DNA of 64,000 nucleotides from contig NC_058383.1 in the NCBI RefSeq assembly GCF_018350175.1, forward strand, positions 21,888,001 to 21,952,000, read 5' to 3'. Positions 48,440 to 60,765 of this stretch are shown here, one piece after another; within the stretch, counting starts at the first letter, position 1; each line of letters starts with the position of its first letter. The position numbers were made by a program, and so were the translations under genes. The notes below the pieces were generated by a model. It did not search any database. It saw only the letters and a list, made by a program, of their open reading frames with translations, and had not been told where the DNA came from. This DNA comes from Felis catus (taxonomy: Eukaryota).

Positions 48440-48890
48440 ACCAGTCTCTGCCCACCTCCCCAGTCTCACCTGGACCTCCAGGCCCTCTCCTCCTCTGCCC
48501 TTCTCTTCTTTCCTGCTCCCTCTATTCTTTCCCTGCTTTCAGATCCTCTGCACCTGTGGTTTCCTTTGTGCTCTTCTGGGAACATATTCTTTCCCCAGGA
48601 CCTGCGAGGTCCAACTTGTCATTCCAAGAACGCTGCTGTGACATGCCATCCCTCACCTGCCCCTTGTCAGTTCACGCCATCCGAAGTGATGTTGTTGATT
48701 TGTTTCCTTGTTCTTTGTTTCCCTCCCAGAAGGTAGGCTCTACAGGAGCTGAGACCTCCTAGATGTTATTATTCACTGCTGTATCCCCAGGGGGCTGATA
48801 CGTAGCAACTGTTCAGTAAATGTTTGAGTGAAAGAGTGTAGAGTAGGTCACTCAATAAGTCTTGGATGAATGAATGAATGAATGAATGAT
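48440..48890 (+). mobile_element. L2 3' region
   Basis: attcactgctgtatcccca..gtaggtcactcaataa..(tgaa)n end. Confidence 0.65.
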
Positions 48891-49619
48891 CTCATTTGAT
48901 CCTTCAAACAGCAGGTGTTGTTAGCACCATCCTTTAGGTAATTCTTTGAAGTCAAAAGTTAAGTAGCTTTTACGAGGTTACAGATAACACGAGAGCTTCC
49001 TAAGGTCTCTGCCGTTGAAGAAAGAGTGGGTTGTTGGGGGAGAAGGGAGAGCAAACATCCTTTTTTTCAGACTATGGAGTTTGGGGGACCCTGCCACCAC
49101 TAGAAAGGGCAACTCCGTCACTAATTGGCAGGGATGTGCAATGAGGTTTTAATTGTGGGCTTCTGAAGGGACTATTTTAAAACCACATCTGTGGCAGCCT
49201 TTGGTGGAATCTGACCTTCTGACCCTCAAGAGGGGGCAATCGTGATGATTCGCAAACCAAGGGAGAGCCTCATTATTTTGGGTGATGTGCTGTTAGCCTG
49301 CGCAGATGAGCTAAGGGCTGGGCAACGAAGCAGGGCCTCCGACTCTCAGGGATTTCCCCGCCGTTGACTCACAGCGACTGTCAGTGGGTCTGTACAGAGA
49401 TCCACAGCCTGCAATGAAACCGGAAACTATGTGAGACCTACCGTGAGGGTCTCTGCAGCCACGCGGCCGATGTGGCAGGCCGGACACGTTTGTGGCCTTT
49501 GGCTTCCCCTGTACAATTGGTTCGGGAGACTTTGTCCTTGGAAAATCAAGGGCAACTTGGTCCTCAGCTTTGCATCTGGATTAAAACAAACAAACAAACA
49601 AACCATAGCAACGACAGGG

Positions 49620-50218
49620 GATGTATTCGTCTGCTAGGGCTGTCATAACAGAGCACCACAGGCTGGGACCTGACTATAGAAACGTCTTTTCTTATAGTTC
49701 TGGAGGCTAGAAGTCCAAGGTCGGTCTCTGGAGGCTTCTCTCCTTGACTTGCAGATGGTGGCCTTCTGGCTGCGTCCTCACATGACCTTTCCTCTGTGTG
49801 GGTGCATCCTGGTGTTGGTGCAGACAAATGTCCTCTTCTGATAAGAACACCACTTAGATTGGATTTGGGCCCACCGCAATGGCCTCATTTTAAATTAATC
49901 CCCTCTATTCTTTTAAAAATTAAAAAAAGTTTATTTATTTTGAGAGGAGGGGAAGGGAAGAGAGAGAGGAGAGAGAGAATCCCAAGCAGGCTCTTGTCTG
50001 CACCATCAGCACAGACCCCGACACGGGGCTCAAACCCACAAACTGGGAGGTCACGACCTGAGCCGAGATCACGAGTCTGACACTTAACCGACTGAGCACT
50101 CAGGCGCCCCTTAATCACCTCTTTACAGGCCCTATCTCCACATGCAATCGTATTCTGAGAGACAGGGGGTTGGGGCTTCGATGTATGAACTTTGGGGGGG
50201 GGCACAATTCAGGCCATA
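49620..50218 (-). mobile_element. MLT1A/B LTR
   Basis: tgtattcgtctgctagggctg..ttctggaggctagaagtccaag..cacaattcag. Confidence 0.85.
49910..50110 (-). mobile_element. Can-SINE in MLT1
   Basis: TSD ttaatc(c/a)cctct. Confidence 0.9.
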
Positions 50219-50221
50219 GCA

Positions 50222-50470
50222 GATGACATTTACCGAGTGCTTATTATGTATGAGGCTCATGCGAATTATTTTACAAATGTCACCTCATATGATTTTCCCA
50301 ACCACCCAAAAAGTCTATACTGCTATTATAACTCATTTTATGAAACCAAAAGGCTGAAGCAGAGGAGTCAAGGAAAGTGTCCATGTGCACACAATTATAA
50401 GTGCCTTCGCTCAGAACCAAGCTTGGGCATCTCTGGTTCTGAAGTCTGTTCTCATAGAATCCGTGCTGAA
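50222..50470 (-). mobile_element. MIR
   Basis: acatttaccgagtgctta..cattttatga. Confidence 0.55.
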
Positions 50471-50713
50471 ATGCTGAATGCCGCAATTGTGGTTTTTCTG
50501 TTTTCTCCTTCTGAAATCGCTATTATATATATTTTTGGATAGCAAATATGTTTTGTGTCTCTTATCTGTTTTCTAAGAATTTCTATCTCTTTATTCTAAA
50601 ACAGATAAAGAGATTCTGGGAGATTTTCTTAAGCTTGGTTGTTAAGTCACTTAATTTTTTGCCACCGTCAGTCTGCTCTTTCCTACTTCTACTTGCATAA
50701 AAAATTCACAAAT

Positions 50714-50920
50714 GAGGAGCACCCAGGGGGCTCAGTTGGTTAAGTATCTGACTCTTGATCTCAACTCAGGTCATGATCTCACAGCTTCTTGAGTTGGAGC
50801 CCCTCATCGGGCTCTGTGCTGACAGCATGGAGCCTGCCTGGGATTCTCTCTGTCTCTTCCTCTCTCTGCCCCTCCCCTGCTCACGTTCTCTCCCTCTCAA
50901 AATAAATAAATAAACTTAAA
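50714..50920 (+). mobile_element. Can-SINE
   Basis: Head, body and tail. Confidence 0.9.
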
Positions 50921-51462
50921 ATCACCTCATGTAAACAAGCAGACAAGCAAACAAAGAGCTTCCCCGGGGGAGCTGCCTGCTCGCCCAAAGCGACCCCGCC
51001 CAGTGCTCCAGACAAGGAAAGGTTGGTCAGGGAAACCATGCTCGCTCCACTCTGTTCACTGCACTATTCATCAGCCCCCTCACTTATTCCATTCTCTGAT
51101 TTCGGTCTCCTGGTATAAGACCAGAAACCCCATCCAACGTATGGATCCCTAAGCTACAGAAGACGTGAAGGGCAGTGGGTTAGGGACACTAGTGAGAAGC
51201 AAAAGCGTTTGACAGCATAAAGTCGGCATAAAGGCAGAACATCACTCTAAGGTTAAATCCTCGAGGTTGAGAACTTAAAGCTCTGAATTACCTTGAATTG
51301 AAGCACTGGTTTCAAATGAAACTGCAAACCGCTAACGTTTCCCTTCCTTTAAATACTCTCACATCCTGCCTGGTCTACGCAGGAGAAGGGGCTCCAGGCT
51401 CCCTAGGCTGAATCGTGCTATCCTGTGTGGGGCTTTCTTTGACCTTCTCTGGGGTCCCAGAC

Positions 51463-51464
<2 letters not shown>

Positions 51465-51519
<55 letters not shown>
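51465..51519. repeat. (GA)~27 microsatellite
   Basis: Seen directly. Confidence 0.95.
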
Positions 51520-51521
<2 letters not shown>

Positions 51522-52867
51522 GATTTATTTCTCTGCTGGAAAAGCAGGCTGAATAAGGGCTCTGACACTTGCCAGGACCTCGCGTCTCCTCTGGTCCAGG
51601 TGTCCTCTGTCAACAGCCCCCCCCCCACCTCCCCAGGCATTTCCATTGCCTCTGGCTCCCCCCACCCCTATCCCATCCCTGTGTGTTTGCTTAGATTCTA
51701 AAAAGAGATTTATTGCAGCAGCCTCTGGGCACACATTCAAAAACACCCAAACTACAAGGAGAAATTTGCCCAAACTCACTTTGTACCCGTCTATGCAGAG
51801 CTGCCCCCAGCTCTACCCCCAGCTCTGCCGACAGGGACGTTTCCCAGCAGCAGCCTGAAAGTCAGTGCAGTTGTCCTTTGCCAAATCCGAGCAGTTCAGG
51901 CCCCGAATTGCTTTCAGAATCCTCAGTGAGGTGGGCACAGAGGAACAGCGCCGACAACCTCTGAGGGTGTGCGCACGGGTGATGCTTATGCCGGGATGAT
52001 CCCTACAGCAGCTCTCTCCTCTCCGGGAAGTCAGCCCACTCCAACACTCCTGACCTTGCTCATGTTGGCTCTTTCCATCCCCTTCTCTGCAGCCAAAATT
52101 TGACAACTCATTCTTAGTCTAAATTTTAGAAATCATCTGTTTTCATGAAGCTTGCCCCTGTTCTCAGAATTAACTGCTTTCTCATCTGCGCTCTGTTAGC
52201 ATTGTGTAAACACCTTTCACTCCTACACTCGGTAAATGTTTATCCACCAGTTGCTGTGTGCTGGTCTTTTGTTAGGCAGGGAAGACACAGTGACAGTGAT
52301 GAGGCTTGGGTTTCCATCCAGCTCACTTTCTAGGTTGTAGAGACAGGACGAAAAAAAATTCTCATCAAGGTTTTTATCTCCCCCGTTGAGTTGCGAGCTG
52401 CATTACCATCATGGCGGCCCTCCTTCTCTTGCTCCTACCAAACCCCTACCCCACTGCCTGGGCTCTTCACACACTCCATATTAACTCATGTAAGGCGGGC
52501 ACCATGACTTAGGCACTCTGGGTACCACCCCGCGTCCCGTGACCCATGGGACCGAGCATCATGCCTGCCATATGGTACCCCTCAATTCATCTTCATTGAA
52601 TTTGTAATGAACCTGTATATTGTCATATTGGTTCATTCTGAAAAAAGAAACCTGAGCAGGTGACATTTATAACAGAAACATTTGAATCCAAAGGGACCCT
52701 GTTACGACAGATTTTTCCTGTTTTCCTTAACCCCTATCTCCCAAACACATCCAAACATACACACAGGGTCTAACTAGGGAAGCAATATTGACTTCCAGGA
52801 CTTATCACAGAGGAAATTTCTGCAGGGCCTTGGTTATACAGATGACAGAGAAGATAATGGTAAGGTG

Positions 52868-53310
52868 CGGCTACAAATTATTACTCTTATGTCAAGAGAT
52901 AGAGTCTATTTCTTTACCCCTTGAAGCTGGGCTGGTCGTGTGACTTTGGGAGGAAGCAATTGTTGTCCAAGTTCCAAACTTGGGTCTCAAGAGGTTTTTC
53001 CTATTTCCCTACTCTTTCTTGGAACCAGCTGCTGTCTGAATATGCTTGGGCTAGACTGTTGGAAGAAGAGAGACACATGAACCCACCGCCACCCAGATGA
53101 CAGCCAGCCAGCTCCCAACGTAGAGCCCCCCCACCGTTGGCGTGACGGCTCTCTATAGACGCCTGAGCACGCCCAGCCAACACCAGCAGAATTGCCCAGC
53201 TGATCCCAGTCTAAATTGCTGCCTCGTGAATTGTGAGCTACATATAAATGGTGGTTTTAAATCACTACGTTTGGGGTAGTTTGTTTCACAACAAAAGCCA
53301 ACTGGCACAT
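52868..53310 (+). mobile_element. MLT1F-H-like LTR
   Basis: caagagatagagtctatt..cccagctgatcccagtctaaattgc..ttggggtagtttgtt. Confidence 0.7.
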
Positions 53311-54274
53311 GAAGTAACCCACAGATTAGCAACAGCAGGGAGCCACCACTGCCTTAGGCTGTAGAGACAAAGGGAGAAGGCAATGTAACTGGGGCTCCGT
53401 GTAACCAGAGCACCCAAAAGAAAAGGAACGCGTCCCATGCAGGCTGAGAGGCACAGGGGAGCTGGAAGAGGCAGTTGATTAAAGCAGAGATGGAGAGAAA
53501 TACCCCGGCCTCTCTCCTCTGTTTTCTACCTCCAATCTCCCCCCCAGGGCCTGCCGTCAGTCAGCCGGGCTCAGCTGGCAGCCGGTGGGGACAAGAGCCT
53601 GGAGAGTCAGCCTTTGTGCCACACAGAGCAGAGCAGAGGAAGGGCCGAGACGGAGCTGAGCACACACGGGCCCAGGACTGAGACTACACATCCAGAGCAG
53701 AAAGGAAGTGGGTTACTGATTGAACTTTCCAAACAGCACAACTGCATTCTCTTATTCACATTCTCTTCCCTACTCAGGAATTGAGCCCAAACTACAAATG
53801 AATGCTGACTCAGAAAACTACACTCACAGGTGTCTCATCCTTTGACAGAATATTCGATCAACCAGTGTTAACCTATTAATAAAATGTTGCACCCATACCG
53901 GCCCACCAAAAGGACGAACCATCCAAAGGCAGCCTGAATGGTGCTTATGGTCAGGACAAACGCCACAGAAAGTTGTAACACATCACTTCGATTAATTTTA
54001 ATTTATTCACCGTTAAACACTTTTTTACGCCAACTAAGCACAATGAAGGGTGATGCCCACAGATGTGCACACACATGTACACACAGATAATTGCAGTGGA
54101 GGTCAAATGTTGTCACTGAGGTACAGACAGAATAGGGTGGGGTCATGGAAGCTGGGTGTTGAAGAATGAGTGAGAGTTTCCCAGGTGGAAAAGAGAAAGA
54201 ATTGCTCTTCAGGAGGAATGTGTGAAGGTTCATAGAGAAGACACATGTATCCTATTTAGAACATTATAAGTAGT

Positions 54275-54409
54275 GGGGGGCCTGGGTGGCTCAGTCGGTT
54301 AAGCATCCGACACTTGCTTTTGACTCGGGTCATGATCTCACGGTTTGTGAGTTCGAGCCCCACGTGGGGCTCTGTGCTGACAGCTCAGAGCCTGGAGCCT
54401 GCTTCAGAT

Positions 54410-54459
<50 letters not shown>

Positions 54460-54540
54460 CCTGCCCTGCTTATGCTCTCTCTCTCAAGAATAAATAAACA
54501 TTAAATAAATACGTAAACAAACGTTAAAAAAAATAAAAGG
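54275..54540 (+). mobile_element. Can-SINE with long (CT)n
   Basis: Head, body and tail. Confidence 0.9.
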
Positions 54541-54727
54541 AAAACCATAAGGAGTGAGCATACTGCCCTATGTTGTGGTGGCAACACAGACTATGGGAAG
54601 GATCTGAACAGAGAGGCAGTCACAGAAGTGGCAGGGGCTAGACCATGGGGGCCTTCCATGTTACATTGAGGAGTTTGCCCTTTATAGGCAATTGGGAGCC
54701 ATCAACATTATTTCTTTTATTAGATTT

Positions 54728-54839
54728 TTTGAACTAAGATTTTATTTTTAGGTAATCTCTACACCCAGCATGGGGCTCGAACTCACAACCCTGAGATCAA
54801 GAGGTGCGTGCTCTGTGGACTGAGCCAGCCAGGCACCCC
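54728..54839 (-). mobile_element. Short Can-SINE
   Basis: gtaatctctacacccagcatggggctcgaactc. Confidence 0.85.
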
Positions 54840-54854
54840 TATTTTATTAGATTT

Positions 54855-55054
54855 AAAAAAAAATTTAATGTTTATTTATTTTTGAGAGAGAGAGAGGGCG
54901 GGGTACAGACAGAGAGGGAGACACAGAATCTAAAGCAGGCTCCAGGCTCTGAGCTGTCAGCACAGGTCCGGACACAGGGCTTGAACCCACGGATGTGAGA
55001 TCATGACCTGAGCTGAAGTTGGACGCTTCACTGACTGAGCCACCCAGGCACCCC
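54855..55054 (-). mobile_element. Can-SINE
   Basis: TSD tattt(t/c)attagattt. Confidence 0.9.
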
Positions 55055-55089
55055 TATTTCATTAGATTTTTAAGAATTAAAATAATACA

Positions 55090-55313
55090 GGGCACCTGGG
55101 TGGCTCAGTCAGTGAAGCATCTGACTTCAACTCAGGTCATGATCTCCCAATTCGTGAGTTCGAGCCCCACATTGGGTGAGCTCAGGCCCTGCTTCAGGTG
55201 AGCCCCACTTCTCTCTCTCCCTCTCTCTCTCTCTGACCCTCCTGGGATTCTATCTCTCTCTCTGCCCCTTGCTCACTTGCATCCTCTCTTTCTCCCTCTC
55301 TTAAAAAAAAAAA
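55090..55313 (+). mobile_element. Can-SINE, variant body
   Basis: TSD aagaattaaaataatac; atypical middle. Confidence 0.9.
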
Positions 55314-55793
55314 AAGAATTAAAATAATACATGTTTGTTTTAAAGAATTAAAAAATTATGTAAAAGGAAGAAAAAAAGAGGGCATTATTTCTGCCCTCTC
55401 TATCCTGGAGTTAGCTGTGGCTTAGCGATCAGGAGGGTATCCTGACATACTCTTTTCTTAGGCAGGGATGGTTGGTTTGTTTATTTGATCTGGCTTGGAT
55501 TGCAAAAATGGTGTAAAAATGGTACAATATTGTCATTCCTCTGCAACTTGCTTTTCTCCCTTCACAATATAGGCACATCTTTCTAGACGAGTTAGATTGA
55601 ACTCATTCATTTTTTCAACTATTCTCTCATTGATGGGCATTCAAGTTGTCTGTTTTTAGCGGTTACTAAAACATTGTTGTAATGTCTCCTTGAGGATGAA
55701 TCAGGCTAGACTGAGGCTTTCACCTCAGCAAAATAGATTCCCAAATGTAGGATATCTGGATCAGTACATGTTTACATTAAAAATAATTTTTTA

Positions 55794-56006
55794 GGGGCGC
55801 CTGGGTGGCGCAGTCGGTTAAGCGTCCGACTTCAGCCAGGTCACGATCTTGCGGTCCGTGAGTTCGAGCCCCGCGTCGGGCTCTGGGCTGATGGCTCAGA
55901 GCCTGGAGCCTGTTTCCGATTCTGTGTCTTCCTCTCTCTCTGCCCCTCCCCCGTTCATGCTCTGTCTCTCTCTGTCCCAAAAATAAATAAACGTTGAAAA
56001 AAAAAT
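55794..56006 (+). mobile_element. Young SINEC_Fc-type SINE
   Basis: Near-consensus, CpG-rich; TSD aataatttttta. Confidence 0.95.
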
Positions 56007-56012
56007 AATAAT

Positions 56013-56345
56013 TTTTTAAGGTTTTATTTTTTAAGTAATCTCTACACCCAATGTGGGGCTGGAACTCACAACCCTGAGAGCAAGAGTCTCACACCCGGGG
56101 TGCCTGGGTGGCTCAGTTGGTTAAGTGTCCAACCTTGGCTCAGGTCATGATCTCACCGTTCTTGAGTTCGAGCCCCGCACCGGGCTGTCTGCTGTCAGCA
56201 CAGAGCCCACTTTGGATCCCTCTGTCCTCCCTTCTCTCTACCCTTCCCCCGCTTTCATACTTTCTCTTTCTCTTTCAAAAATAAATAAATATTAAAAAAG
56301 AAAAAAGAGACCCATGCTCCACTGATGGAGCCAGCCAGGCATCCC
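56013..56345 (-). mobile_element. Short Can-SINE split by a full SINE (56097-56305, +)
   Basis: caagagtctcacac..ccatgctccactga..gccagccaggcatccc flank the inner element. Confidence 0.85.
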
Positions 56346-56708
56346 TGCATTTTTAAATTTTAATAGATGTGTCCAGATTACTTGCTAATAAGTTGTAGAA
56401 ATTCCGATTTCTCAACATTGTTGGGCAGAACTGGACAGTATCACTCTTCCAATTGTAAATTTTGGCAAATGCGATGGATCTGAAAAGGCTGTGTTGACTT
56501 AATTTGCATCTCCTTGACTCGTACAGACACTGAGCATCTTACCATATGTTTATTGACAACTCGTGTGCTCCCTTCTGTGAATCGCCTATTCATTTTTCCC
56601 CTCCAGTTGTCTTTTTCTTGTCAATTGGTAGGAGCTCTTTGAATGTTAGTAATCATTAATCTTTATCCACATGTTTCACAAAGATTCCATTCCCTTCCCA
56701 GATTTTCA

Positions 56709-56710
<2 letters not shown>

Positions 56711-56746
<36 letters not shown>
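56711..56746. repeat. (TG)n at SINE tail
   Basis: Seen directly. Confidence 0.95.
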
Positions 56747-56749
<3 letters not shown>

Positions 56750-56927
56750 ATTATTTTAGAGAGAGAGAGAGAGAGCAGGGAAGAGGGGCAGAGGGAGAGA
56801 GAGAGAATCCCAGGCAGATTCCATGCCCAGTACATAGCCTGACGCAGGGCTCGGTCCCACGACCCTGGGATCATGACCTGACCTGAAATCAAGAGTCAGA
56901 TGCTCAACTGACTGAGCTAGGTGCCCC
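56747..56927 (-). mobile_element. Can-SINE
   Basis: Reverse-complement body and head. Confidence 0.9.
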
Positions 56928-57488
56928 TATGTTTCGTTTTTGTTTTTGTTTTTTTGAAGAACTTTTTATGTGAAAATATGACACACTAACAGGTAGTTGT
57001 GAAAAGGGTACAGAGTCTCGTGTTCCTTTCACTCAGCTCCTCCTGAGGGCAGCGTCTTACAAAATTATAGCACAATATCAATATCTCATTTCTCTTTTGA
57101 TGTAGTGTATGGTACTATTTTTATTTCAATCACTTTATCGTAAATTTTAATGTCTGGTAAGGTAAGTCTACCACTCCCTACTTTTTCATTATCTTCGTGA
57201 CTCTTCTCGAATTCTTCTTTTCTCCATTTGAAATTTAGAATAATTTTTAGCCACTTACACACCTTGTCTTTCCCCTAAACAAGCTCTCTTGAAATTCTCT
57301 TAAAGTTATATATTAGTTTGTGAAGGGTTGGCATTTTAAGGTATCAGGAATGTAGTTTATCTCTCCAGTTATTCAGCTTTTATTTAATGCCCTTCAATAA
57401 GAGTTTAGCTTTCTTTATATAGATCATGTGCCTTCTATGAATAATTTATTCATAGGCGTTTTATAGCTTTTATCACTAGTATAAATGA

Positions 57489-57770
57489 TGTATTAGTTTC
57501 CTATTGCTGTTGTAACAAATTACCGTACATTTAGGGGTTTAAAAAAACCCACAGATTTATTATCTTACAGTTCAGGAGGTCAGAAATCAGAAAACCAAGG
57601 GCTGCAGTCAGCAGGGCTGTGTTCCTTCTGGAGACTCTAGGAGTGAATCAGTTTCCTTGCCTTTTCTTGTGTTAGAGGCCACCTTCATTCCTGACTCTTG
57701 GCACCTTACCTGACTCACTCCTACATTTCCTACTCTGACTCTGCCTCCCTCTTATAAGGGTTGCAATGAC
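57489..57770 (-). mobile_element. MLT1C/D-like LTR fragment
   Basis: tgtattagtttcctattgctgttgtaacaaattacc..ttccttctggagactctagg. Confidence 0.8.
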
Positions 57771-58091
57771 ATTTATTTATTTTTGTATATTTAACTGCTA
57801 TCATTCACCTTACCAATGTAATTATTTCAAATCATTCTTGGTAGAGTTCTTCTGGATTCTCTAAAAACACAATTATATACGGTGAAAACGATGTAGTTTT
57901 TAACTCTTATTTTTCCAATATGTATATGGAGTATTCAATTAATAATTATAAATAACATTTAATGTGTTGCATTAGGTTAAGGTCTCTAAAGCAATGTTAA
58001 AAATGGTGATTTTGACAGAAATGACTTCAGCTTAATGTTGAAGTTGCTACTTGTTTTTGGTAAATAACCTTTATCATTTTAAAATGATTTC

Positions 58092-58093
<2 letters not shown>

Positions 58094-58143
<50 letters not shown>

Positions 58144-58148
58144 GTGTG
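58094..58148. repeat. (TG)n
   Basis: Seen directly. Confidence 0.95.
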
Positions 58149-58600
58149 TTGTTGGGAAATGAGCCCATAAATGCTCTCACCTCCACTGGGGGTTGTGGAG
58201 GGGGTGACTATACCTTCCTACGTTGGGGTCCAAGAAGGCACAGACAGTTTTCTTTCAATCACTCAAACAGATCAAATCAGCCCAACTAAATACTTCCATT
58301 TCAGGTCTGCTGGGATCACAAGATAGGGCAATCCCCACCAAGGGCATCCAAAGGAACCCCATGTTCATCATTCATCTCCTCTCAAGAAGCCATAAAAACT
58401 TCACCTTGGTCCAAGAAAGGAAGCCCCATACCTGTCCCTTCTCTGGAGTTCTCAGAACAATGCCTGGCCTCACACACATAGTTTCCATCAGAACTCTTAC
58501 TTCGGTGTTTATGTTACTCCCCTGACAGATTGCAAATGGGAGGGATTGGGGGTATTTACCTAGTTTGTCACATCTCTCCTTATTCACATCACACGGAAGG

Positions 58601-58811
58601 TGTTTTTTTTTTTTTAATGTTTGTTTTATATTTGAGAGGGAGACAGAGCAGAAGTGGGAGAGGGGCCGCGAGAGAGACACAGAAACTGAAGCAGGCTCCA
58701 GCTCTGAGCTGTCAGCACAGAGCCTGATGCGGGGCTCAAACCCACGAACCATGAGATTGTGACCTGAGACAAAGTCAGACGCTGAATCAACTGAGCCACC
58801 CAGGTGTCCCC
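58601..58811 (-). mobile_element. Can-SINE
   Basis: Reverse-complement body and head. Confidence 0.9.
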
Positions 58812-58967
58812 CACACTAAAGTTTTGAAGCAGAATAATAACATTATCAGATTTATGTTTCACAAAGTATTTCTGGAAGAAGCTTAAGGGATTCATTTGAA
58901 CAGAACCCCACTTAAAAGACTAAATAACAAGGGGAACTATTATGTAAAATATGGTCTATCCATATCA

Positions 58968-60476
58968 TGTCTATTAGTTAATTATTGCTGTGTGATATAT
59001 TACCCTAAAACTTAGCAGCTTAAAATATACACCTTTTTTTAGGTTTTATTTTTATTTTTATTTATTATTATTATTATTATTTATTTTAGAGGGAGAGGGT
59101 GGGAGCATGAGCAGTGGGGAGGTGCAGAGAGAGAGAGAGCCTAAGCAGGCTCCACACTCAACGAGGAGCCCAACACGGGGCTCAATCCCACAATGCTGGG
59201 ATCATGACCTGAGCTGAATTCAAGAGTCAGGTGCTTAACTGAGCCACACAGGTGCCCCAAAACATGTACATTTATCATCTTCCAGTGTTTGTGGGTCAGG
59301 ATTATGGGCACAGGTTAACCTCGCACTGTGCTTCATGATTTCCCACAAGCTGCAGTCAAGGTGTTAGCCAGTGCTAGGGTTTCATCAGAAGACCCAACTG
59401 GGGAAGGATCCATTCCTAAACTATTTACATGATCATTGGCAGGATTCTGTTCCTTGATGCCTATTCGTATCTATGTGGGTTTCTCCAACATGGCAATTTG
59501 CTTCATCAAAGCCAGCAAGAGAGAGAGTCACCTAGCAAGATGGAAGTTATAGTCCCTTGTAACATAATCTCAGAAGTGACACTGTTTCAACATTGCCATG
59601 TGCTGTTGGACAGAAACAAATTACTCAAAGTAAGGGCATGATTCTGATACCAACTCTGATATGTGGGTTTTCTAGCACCACCAAGGAACTACCCAATACT
59701 AGTTGGCTGTCCCACCACTCAACTCAATTTGAATCTGACACAATCTACTGGAGGTCACATCAGATCCCACAGGTTAAGGGCTCAGTCCTACAACATGGCT
59801 GCCAACTGCTCACCTTCAAAAACCAACCACAAGTCCAGCTAGCCACCTGTGCTTCTCACTGACTGGCTACAGATTGGCAGTTTCTCACCAATCCCTGCTT
59901 GGGATTGATTGATTTGCTAGAGTGGCTCACAGAATTCAGAGAAACAGCATACTTACTTGAACATCAGTTTATTATAAAAGCATATAACTCAAGAACAGCC
60001 AGATGGAAGAGGGGCATAGGGCAAGGTATGTGGGAAGGGGTGAGGATCTCCCATGCTGAGTGCTCTGCCCTCCCAGCACCTCCATGTGTTCATCAACCAG
60101 GAAGCTCTCCAGACCCTGTCCTTTTGAGTTTTTATGGAAGCTTCAGTACATAGCCACGATTGATTAAGTCATCAGCCATTGGTGATTGAGTCAACCTCCA
60201 GCCCTTTTTCCCTCCCAGGAGGCCAGGGGTGAAGGATAAGGTGCTGGGGGCTGCAGCAGTGGGACGGAAACTTCTAACCTTCTAATCACATGGTTGGCTC
60301 CACTGGCAACCTGCTCCCATCCTTAGGTCCTTTCCAAAAGTCTTCTCATTAATATAACAAAAGACACCTTGATCTCTGTCATCATAGGAAATTCCAAGGA
60401 TTTTAGGAGCTCTGTGCCAAGAATTAGGATGAAGGCCAAATATATAGTTCTTCTTATTTTTTTAATCTTAATTTTT

Positions 60477-60513
<37 letters not shown>

Positions 60514-60765
60514 GGGGAGAGAGGCAGAGGAGGAAGAGAGAGAATCCCAAGCAGGCTCCATTCTCAGCATGGAGCCTGACACGGGACTCAATCCCACAAC
60601 TGTGGGATCGCGACCTGAGCTGAAATCAAGAGTCAGATGTTCAACGGATTAAGCCACCCAGGCATGCCTATAGTTCTTCTTATTAATCATAATGATCACA
60701 GAGGGGATTATACAAGGCTGTGAAAACAGGGAAGGAGTCATCTTAGAGGGAGACTGTCCCACCAC
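58968..60765 (-). mobile_element. MLT1E-G-like LTR split by a SINE (59034-59258) and MER21
   Basis: tattgctgtgt..aaaacttagcagcttaaa..gtgggtcagga..; resumes gaggggattatacaagg..caccaca. Confidence 0.75.
59639..60700 (-). mobile_element. MER21-like ERVL LTR containing a SINE (60455-60668, -)
   Basis: cagatcccacaggttaagggctcagtcc..aattccaaggattttaggagctctgtgcca; SINE TSD tatagttcttcttatt. Confidence 0.75.

Larger units (their letters stand above)
55330..57480 (-). mobile_element. Old L1ME-like fragments hosting several SINEs
   Basis: ttgatgggcattcaagttg; tgagcatcttaccatatgtttattg. Confidence 0.65.

Noticed and set aside
35600..60700. Two same-orientation MER21-like LTRs as ends of a large element
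   Set aside because: They are 24 kb apart and clearly diverged, with no retroviral internal sequence between them; most likely independent solo LTRs
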